Shown here one piece after another: positions 15,962-21,758 of a DNA stretch of 38,076 bases. The notes below the pieces were generated by a model, which saw only the letters and a program-made list of their open reading frames with translations, searched no databases and was not told the DNA's origin. The stretch's first letter is position 1, and every line of letters starts with the position of its first letter. The DNA is from a virus: positions 1 to 38,076 of the IMG/VR virus record IMGVR_UViG_3300022750_000008; one strand, written 5' to 3'. Made by a program: the position numbers and the translations under genes.

Positions 15962-15980
15962 CTTAAACCTTAAAAAGAAG

Positions 15981-16124
15981 ATGAAAATAAACCATAAAAT
16001 TAGCAATAGGTTCAAATGGTTCTTAAAAGGCAAAAAAGATTATGGTATTTTTTGGCGATTTACGAATATGAAAATCAGTAAACGCAAAAAAGATACTCAT
16101 TACTTAAGTAAACTAAAATATTAA
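15981..16124 (+). CDS. Possible 47-aa highly basic protein
   Basis: Internal ATG (MKINHKISNRFKWFLKGKKDYG...) of tracked ORF 15876..16124; the upstream part overlaps the previous gene. Confidence 0.35.
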   Translation: MKINHKISNRFKWFLKGKKDYGIFWRFTNMKISKRKKDTHYLSKLKY

Positions 16125-16140
16125 CACACTTTTAAACCTC

Positions 16141-16164
16141 CCCAACAGTACAGGTCAAGTTGGG
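16141..16164 (+). terminator. Stem-loop CCCAAC-N12-GTTGGG upstream of ATG 16176
   Basis: Inverted repeat read directly. Confidence 0.3.
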
Positions 16165-16175
16165 ATAAGAAGATT

Positions 16176-16397
16176 ATGGAAGAATGCCCTAAATGTGAAG
16201 CCAAAAACATATCAATATCACACCAAGCAAAAGGAGAAGAAAAGTCTTATAATAGACCTATTGATGGAGTTAAGAAATTTATGCGTGACGATACTTATTA
16301 TTACGCAGACCAAGTAAAAACAGAACATTTGATTTACAAATGCGAAACTTGTGGATACAGGGTTGCTAAACCTACTAAAGACGCTTTGCCATGCTAA
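16176..16397 (+). CDS. Zinc-ribbon protein
   Basis: 73 aa with CPKC near the N-terminus and CETC near the C-terminus. Confidence 0.6.
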   Translation: MEECPKCEAKNISISHQAKGEEKSYNRPIDGVKKFMRDDTYYYADQVKTEHLIYKCETCGYRVAKPTKDALPC

Positions 16398-16501
16398 ACC
16401 GCCCAAACCTAATCTTCACCATAATTATGGGGAGCTTGTTGCAGACGTTAAACTTGTATTAATTTAAAACCTATCGGGGGAGAGGTAAACGAGATAAAAT
16501 A

Positions 16502-16726
16502 ATGGCAATTGAAATAGTAAAAAGTAAAGGATTTAGCCCCATAGAATTAAAAGTCACAATTGAAACGGAAGAAGAATTAAAAGTATGGTATGAATTAGGA
16601 AATACTTCTTCAGTTAAAATGACAGAATATTTAAATTCTGGATTATGTTTGGAAAGACAAGTAAAAGTAGATGATGTTTCAAAATCTTTCGGCTCTTTAT
16701 TTAGCTTATTAAGCCCTTTGATTTAA
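16502..16726 (+). CDS. Hypothetical protein
   Basis: 74-aa ORF with ATG start; last gene of the plus-strand module. Confidence 0.55.
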   Translation: MAIEIVKSKGFSPIELKVTIETEEELKVWYELGNTSSVKMTEYLNSGLCLERQVKVDDVSKSFGSLFSLLSPLI

Positions 16727-16732
16727 ACAACA

Positions 16733-16762
16733 AAGCCTGTTAGCAATTAAGTTAACAGGCTT
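16733..16762. terminator. Bidirectional stem-loop at the convergence point (10-bp stem AAGCCTGTTA/TAACAGGCTT)
   Basis: Perfect inverted repeat between the end of the plus module (16726) and the end of the minus-strand late genes (16830). Confidence 0.6.
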
Positions 16763-16829
16763 CCAATGGTTAAAAACCACTTTTTTTGCCGACCTACATA
16801 ACTTAGGTTAATTCAGACGGTCTTTATCT

Positions 16830-17033
16830 TTAAACAAACAAATCAAATTCATCTTCATAAACCAAATCATCTTCCTTCCAACCAAGCAAGGCAGCTAATT
16901 TAAGCGCAAACTCCTTAGCATATTTGTTTATTGCCTTACCTAATAACCTGGCCCAAAACGAGCCAATATGTTTTGTAAGGAATGTTACAATAAATTCCTC
17001 CAATAGGTCTAATCTTCTTCTGCGTTTTCTCAT
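16830..17033 (-). CDS. Hypothetical protein; last gene of the lysis cassette
   Basis: 67 aa with N-terminal MRKRRRR, an amphipathic middle and an acidic C-terminus. Confidence 0.55.
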   Translation of the reverse strand: MRKRRRRLDLLEEFIVTFLTKHIGSFWARLLGKAINKYAKEFALKLAALLGWKEDDLVYEDEFDLFV

Positions 17034-17036
17034 AAT

Positions 17037-17147
17037 TTATTTAATAAAAAAGTAATAAAGCATTAACCCAATCGGAACTAATACAATAAGGTATAAAAAT
17101 ATTATAGCCCATGTTGGCGAAATATATTTGTTAATTAGTTTTATCAT
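17037..17147 (-). CDS. Possible 36-aa membrane micro-protein (lysis accessory candidate)
   Basis: ATG ORF MIKLINKYISPTWAIIFLYLIVLVPIGLMLYYFFIK. It overlaps the holin-like gene's 3' end and stops 3 nt before the next ATG. Confidence 0.4.
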   Translation of the reverse strand: MIKLINKYISPTWAIIFLYLIVLVPIGLMLYYFFIK

Positions 17148-17409
17148 CTGGTGATGTTGTTGCGGTAATATTAACTTCAGCAGTAGTAATTCCGTCTACA
17201 GGTTTCTTTGTTAGGCTCTGAGGGTTTCCTCCAGTTAAATAAGCGCCTAAACCACTAATCAACCCTAACAAAAAAGCTAATGCAATATCTACAAATCTTT
17301 GATTTTTTTCTGGTATCTCAAAAAATGTAATAGCAAATACATAAACAAGTATAGCAAAAGTTACTCCTGCTATATAATAAAATGTTTTTTCAAAATGGTC
17401 AGGCTTCAT
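17131..17409 (-). CDS. Holin-like protein (two predicted transmembrane helices)
   Basis: 92 aa. Hydrophobic helices YYIAGVTFAILVYVFAITFF and IALAFLLGLISGLGAYL with a polar C-tail. Lies next to the endolysin. Confidence 0.55.
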   Translation of the reverse strand: MKPDHFEKTFYYIAGVTFAILVYVFAITFFEIPEKNQRFVDIALAFLLGLISGLGAYLTGGNPQSLTKKPVDGITTAEVNITATTSPDDKTN

Positions 17410-17455
17410 CTATATAAGTATTGTGTCTTTCATTCCACTTTATTTTTTCTTTCTC

Positions 17456-17488
17456 CAAATATACGTTATACAAATCAATATTCGCAAA
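17456..17488 (-). promoter_or_regulatory. Bacteroidota-type promoter: -33 TTTG (17488-17485), 21-nt spacer, -7 TATATTTG (17463-17456)
   Basis: Read on the minus strand in the 120-bp gap between the endolysin and holin-like genes. Confidence 0.55.
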
Positions 17489-17529
17489 ACTTGAAACGTG
17501 CCGGATTTGTTGGTAAAATTCGGGAGGCA

Positions 17530-17985
17530 TTACGCTAATTCTATATGTGGCGGATCGTATGGGTTTTTCCAATCAATACCAAAACTACATTTAATGTCAA
17601 GTTCTTTTGCTGTCTTCTTAACATGGTCAATAATCAGCTTTAATGTTTTTTGGTCTTTAGTTTGCAAAGAACCTTTATAGTACGGATAAATATCTACGGC
17701 ATATCCAAATCCATCTGATTTAGTTTGATGGTTTGAACGCCTTACAACGCCGTCACGAGTAGTAACCTGCATACCAAACTTATTGCCTTTAATTGGGCCA
17801 GTATCTGGATTTACAACAGTCCTGCCATAAGAGTATAATTTTTGTTGTGTCGCTACATCACGTACGCCATAATCAATACCAAAATCATAATCAGATGTTT
17901 CGATTGACTTATACATTAATGTAACTAATTTAGGATGCACGCCTTGCAGCTTATCCTTACTTCTTTTACCGAATACAAAACTCAT
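17530..17985 (-). CDS. Endolysin, peptidase M15 family (VanY / L-alanyl-D-glutamate peptidase-like)
   Basis: 151 aa. Zn-ligand pattern SNHQTKSDGFGYAVDIYP (H..D) plus a C-terminal DPPHIE (H). Confidence 0.8.
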   Translation of the reverse strand: MSFVFGKRSKDKLQGVHPKLVTLMYKSIETSDYDFGIDYGVRDVATQQKLYSYGRTVVNPDTGPIKGNKFGMQVTTRDGVVRRSNHQTKSDGFGYAVDIYPYYKGSLQTKDQKTLKLIIDHVKKTAKELDIKCSFGIDWKNPYDPPHIELA

Positions 17986-18014
17986 ATTATAAAGATAACA
18001 ATTTATTTAGTAAA

Positions 18015-18042
18015 TAAAAAAGCCCCTCGATGTGAAGGGCTT
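18015..18042 (-). terminator. Rho-independent-type terminator (stem AAGCCC/GGGCTT then T-run on the minus strand)
   Basis: Minus strand reads AAGCCCttcacatcgagGGGCTTTTTTATTT, downstream of the 495-aa gene. Confidence 0.5.
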
Positions 18043-18046
18043 AAAA

Positions 18047-18112
18047 TTATATTAAGTTATACCAGATAACAGTCGTAATAAGCAACATTAAAAGCCATAT
18101 TGTGCGTTTCAT
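18047..18112 (-). CDS. Possible 21-aa hydrophobic peptide
   Basis: MKRTIWLLMLLITTVIWYNLI; its ATG overlaps the TAA of the 495-aa gene (TAATG). Confidence 0.25.
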   Translation of the reverse strand: MKRTIWLLMLLITTVIWYNLI

Positions 18113-19599
18113 TATAAAGAATTAAAAATATTCAACAAATCCTGAACTATTCTTTCTGCAGCATAAGGCTGAAAAACCTGTACTGGGTGAACGTTATCAG
18201 CACCTATGTAAATGCTCGAATTACCAGTAGGTTGAGTTGCTCCAACCCTGCCAGTTCCAGACTGCCAATTTTCAGCAATAGTATCAATATAGAACAATCT
18301 AGTTCCGTAACCAGCAACAGCCTCAACCCCAGCTTTAATAAATGCAGCTTTTGGCGTTAATGCAGCCGTGTTTGATGGAGAACGAAACGGACCAATTGCA
18401 ATACATAGTGCATTTGGATTATCTGTTAACGCCTTAGTCCAAAAAGCAGTAACAGCCGCCTGTAGAGTAGCATTAGCCGCAGGACTATCGTTATAACCTA
18501 AAGGAACAATAATTAAATTAGGAGCGTAAGGAGTAACATCAGTATCTAGTTTTTGTATTGCATTCTTTGCGCTAAGCGAACCGTTTGTTACATAACCCAT
18601 TCCTCCCTCAGAACTGTTTATAATATCGGTTACACCAAACAGGTTTGAAATCATATTAACAAATCCGTTGATTGGATAAACCTGTCCATCACCCTGTGTT
18701 CCTGCAGAATAACTATCTCCAATTAAAACCGCTCTAAAATCATCTGGATTTTGTTTCCAAATAGAATAACGTGGCCCAACTTCCACACCTCCAAACGCAA
18801 CGAATTGTTCAAACTCTATCATAACCCTTCTAGGCTTTGAACTACCGAAGTTTATAACTAGTTTCTGAAAGTCATAATCTGGCAAAACAGGAGGTGTAGC
18901 GGTAATTTGACCATCAACCCAAACCCTATATGTCTTTGAAATATTATTATCAGCTTGTATAGGAATAGCAATAACATCTGCATCGGTATCGAAACAAGCT
19001 TTCATTAACCAACCTTGCTTGCCACCTGGATTTCTACCATCTGCGCCTAATGTTGCATTAGCAGGATATACAAATGCAATACCTGGACCCGCAGGCGAGT
19101 ATGCTCTAGGAATAGATGCCAAATAGTTTATTTTAGTATAATCAGTTGCTACAATTAATGTAGCGCTTGCAATAGGACTTGTATAACCACCAACCAACGT
19201 AATAGTAGGTGATGAAGTCATTACTGTTGGCAGTCCTTTAGCAGATTGTTGTAAATCTAAAATCTTAGTAGCAACCTGTTTTTGCACACTTACCGAACCG
19301 CCCCCTCCAGCGGAGGCATCAAGAAAAACCGAGCTATTGTTTAAAGTAGTTTCTAACTGTTCTGCCGTTTGTGAGCCTGCCGCAATAGTAACTCCATCAA
19401 GAATGACAACATCGACCAATGGATTAATAGCATATGAATAGGTAGAATTTTTGAAGTCTACTGAAACTATAGAAACACCTTGATTATCACCTTCTGATAT
19501 ACCGACAAATTCATGGTAAGGAAACGATCTACTTCGGTTAACCCCTACCTTTTCGACTTTTATTTTTTTACCAACCAGGTCGTACTTATATGTTGCCAT
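18112..19599 (-). CDS. SGNH/GDSL esterase-domain protein (putative polysaccharide deacetylase / tail-spike-like)
   Basis: 495 aa. The C-terminal half carries block I LIGDSYSAG, block III GYNDS and block V DNVHP. The N-terminal half is beta-rich and Gly-rich. Confidence 0.7.
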   Translation of the reverse strand: MATYKYDLVGKKIKVEKVGVNRSRSFPYHEFVGISEGDNQGVSIVSVDFKNSTYSYAINPLVDVVILDGVTIAAGSQTAEQLETTLNNSSVFLDASAGGGGSVSVQKQVATKILDLQQSAKGLPTVMTSSPTITLVGGYTSPIASATLIVATDYTKINYLASIPRAYSPAGPGIAFVYPANATLGADGRNPGGKQGWLMKACFDTDADVIAIPIQADNNISKTYRVWVDGQITATPPVLPDYDFQKLVINFGSSKPRRVMIEFEQFVAFGGVEVGPRYSIWKQNPDDFRAVLIGDSYSAGTQGDGQVYPINGFVNMISNLFGVTDIINSSEGGMGYVTNGSLSAKNAIQKLDTDVTPYAPNLIIVPLGYNDSPAANATLQAAVTAFWTKALTDNPNALCIAIGPFRSPSNTAALTPKAAFIKAGVEAVAGYGTRLFYIDTIAENWQSGTGRVGATQPTGNSSIYIGADNVHPVQVFQPYAAERIVQDLLNIFNSL

Positions 19600-19620
19600 T
19601 TTAAATTAATTAAGTTTAGG

Positions 19621-19652
19621 CTAAGTTAGTTAATTGATAGGTAATTAGCAAA
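19621..19652 (-). promoter_or_regulatory. Near-consensus promoter: -33 TTTG (19652-19649), 20-nt spacer, -7 TAACTTAG (19628-19621, one mismatch)
   Basis: Read on the minus strand upstream of ATG 19599. Confidence 0.4.
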
Positions 19653-19655
19653 AAC

Positions 19656-19691
19656 AAAAGCCGGTAACGTTGTGAAATGTAATCGGCTTTT
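19656..19691 (-). terminator. Stem-loop AAAAGCCG-N20-CGGCTTTT followed by a T-rich tail on the minus strand
   Basis: Inverted repeat downstream of the membrane-protein cassette (stop at 19714). Confidence 0.4.
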
Positions 19692-19713
19692 AATCAAGCC
19701 CTATTTTATGAAA

Positions 19714-20067
19714 CTAAGAATATTCCTTTTGTTTATTGTAATAATACTGAAAACACTTGTATAAACCAAACCAAAGAAAAGGGCTAAGAAATATAACAAC
19801 TTCTGGCCTGTCAAATATTTTATTGCTGCTAAATGAGATAAGCATCATAAGGGCGATTATTATTAAAGTCACAAGAACAAGCAAAGACCAATAATAGATG
19901 TTGAATTGGTTAATCCATATTCTATATTTGACCTGGTTTCTGAAATACCCATTAACAAAAGCATGCCATAGCCCTATTTTAGTTTCCCCTATAAATTTTG
20001 CTATTATAAAGATAACGGCAAACATACACCCTATTGTAGTTAACAGAAATAACGCTAATAAACTCAT
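19714..20067 (-). CDS. Multi-pass membrane protein, unknown function
   Basis: 117 aa with three or more long hydrophobic segments; 4-nt overlap with the upstream gene. Confidence 0.6.
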   Translation of the reverse strand: MSLLALFLLTTIGCMFAVIFIIAKFIGETKIGLWHAFVNGYFRNQVKYRIWINQFNIYYWSLLVLVTLIIIALMMLISFSSNKIFDRPEVVIFLSPFLWFGLYKCFQYYYNKQKEYS

Positions 20068-20534
20068 GATTGATCCCCCGTTTCATTCTTAGCCATAATC
20101 TTGCCAATAGCATTTTGAGCCCATTTTTTAAATCCGTATTCAAATATACTATCCAGTTGTCCTGCTATAAATACAGAAAAAAGAGAAACAGTAAATAGAT
20201 AAATTTCAAATCCTTTTTTATAATCAAGGAAATCTCGCCATACAAAATAAGATATATAGCATAATGCTCCAGTAATTACAACTTGTGTGATAACACCTAT
20301 GAAAGTTGGCCTTGCCTTTCTGCTATCCATAGCAACCCTTAGCATAAACGCAAGTATTACCGCCATGAATGCTCCTGCATTTTGCTGAAAATCTTTTGCG
20401 CTAATACCCATTATCATCCCTTCCATCATTATAAAACTCAAAAGGGATTTTACGAATACGTTAATCATAGCTGTGCAATTATCTTTAATTAGAATAGCTA
20501 TCGTTAAAATCATACAGCTAAAAGTAAAGTTCAT
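20064..20534 (-). CDS. Multi-pass membrane protein, unknown function
   Basis: 156 aa with several hydrophobic helices and a polar C-tail. Confidence 0.6.
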   Translation of the reverse strand: MNFTFSCMILTIAILIKDNCTAMINVFVKSLLSFIMMEGMIMGISAKDFQQNAGAFMAVILAFMLRVAMDSRKARPTFIGVITQVVITGALCYISYFVWRDFLDYKKGFEIYLFTVSLFSVFIAGQLDSIFEYGFKKWAQNAIGKIMAKNETGDQS

Positions 20535-20581
20535 TTCGATAGGCCGAGTTTATGCTTAGTTTAAAAACATAAAGATAGTAA

Positions 20582-20947
20582 TTACATTTGAAAATAAGAT
20601 TTATCTATTTGCTTTAACTTACTTTCCATTAAAATAAACACGAACATGCCAAAACCGTTAATGGCGAGAATATACAAATGGTCATGCAATCCATAAAAAC
20701 CAAACGCCCAAATCACCGTTCTGATAATTCCAGAGTATAAACATGCATTTAAAAAACGTTGATCTGATTTATATGTTTTCTTGCCATATATCAAATTATA
20801 TAAAGGAGAAAAACCTATAAATGCAAAATTTAAAATCATACTTACACCTATAAGTTTAGATAATTCCAATCTCATTGGTATTCCTATGATTAGTATAGCC
20901 AAAGTTAGTACATACCAAATCCAGTAAATAAAGAATATATTTTTCAT
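20582..20947 (-). CDS. Multi-pass membrane protein, unknown function
   Basis: 121 aa with about four hydrophobic helices. Confidence 0.6.
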   Translation of the reverse strand: MKNIFFIYWIWYVLTLAILIIGIPMRLELSKLIGVSMILNFAFIGFSPLYNLIYGKKTYKSDQRFLNACLYSGIIRTVIWAFGFYGLHDHLYILAINGFGMFVFILMESKLKQIDKSYFQM

Positions 20948-20948
20948 A

Positions 20949-21179
20949 TTACCCTATTGGAAAGAAGACACAATTACCGCCTATGCATAAATAATAACCT
21001 TCTGAACTAGCTCCAGGACACGCTGGCGTACATTCTTTATCGCCCTCAATATTCCACCCAAAAATTAATCCTTTATTAGCATTTTTTGGATGCTTAAGCA
21101 TTTTTTTATTACAATACCATTTTTTAATGATAACTCCGCATTCCAATACTGTTTTTCTTTTTAGTAATATTTTTTCCAT
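20949..21179 (-). CDS. Small Cys-rich protein (6 Cys), unknown function
   Basis: 76 aa. The C-terminal half reads CTPACPGASSEGYYLCIGGNCVFFPIG. No signal peptide seen. Confidence 0.55.
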   Translation of the reverse strand: MEKILLKRKTVLECGVIIKKWYCNKKMLKHPKNANKGLIFGWNIEGDKECTPACPGASSEGYYLCIGGNCVFFPIG

Positions 21180-21184
21180 TTTTT

Positions 21185-21703
21185 TTATAATTTAATAATC
21201 AAATAATTTATACTAAGGTTGTTTGTCCCGATAACAGGAACGCTAGAAAAGTTAACCGTAAAACCTGTAGTAGTTACGTTTGAAACCCAACTTGGTACGG
21301 CCGCATTTGCCGAATAAGCCTGTACTATTATCATAGATGGAATTGATGGTAAAGTCTGACCAAATGAAATAGGATAGGCGGTTTGTAATATTGTACCGTT
21401 TAATGTAACAGAACCTTTAATGGTATTATCGTTAAGCATCTTTAGCCAACGTCCTGTTGCAATATTAGTTACCTTTATCACACTAATTCCATCATCGGTT
21501 AAGGTGCTTGCTGAATTCCAATAGTAGTTGCCACCATTCTTGTCGTTTGCTGTTACAAGACCAGAAACATTAACTATAGTGCCATTCATTCCGCCCTGCC
21601 CTCTTAGTTCTGAAATAGTAGCGAATTGTTTTGAAGCTACATTCTGTTGTGCATAAGTAGCTATTGAAATAAGTAATAGTAAAGTGAGTAGTTTTATTTT
21701 CAT
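21185..21703 (-). CDS. Secreted protein sharing its C-terminal domain with the 937-aa fibre protein
   Basis: From ATG 21703: MKIKLLTLLLLISIATYAQQ looks like a signal peptide. The C-terminus ...MIIVQAYSANAA..TTTGFTVNFSSVPVIGTNNLSINYLIIKL aligns with ...KVIVQPLNAASAG..GTTNIVINYTVAPVSGTNNLNYSILIKR. Confidence 0.6.
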   Translation of the reverse strand: MKIKLLTLLLLISIATYAQQNVASKQFATISELRGQGGMNGTIVNVSGLVTANDKNGGNYYWNSASTLTDDGISVIKVTNIATGRWLKMLNDNTIKGSVTLNGTILQTAYPISFGQTLPSIPSMIIVQAYSANAAVPSWVSNVTTTGFTVNFSSVPVIGTNNLSINYLIIKL

Positions 21704-21758
21704 ACGGATGATTTTTGTGTAGTGATTGTTTATTCTAACAACCACCACTTGTTAAAGT

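Noticed and set aside
17299-17680. Plus-strand ORFs 17299..17538 and 17498..17680
   Set aside because: They are antisense to the holin-like and endolysin genes and span the promoter gap. They are AT-rich shadow frames.
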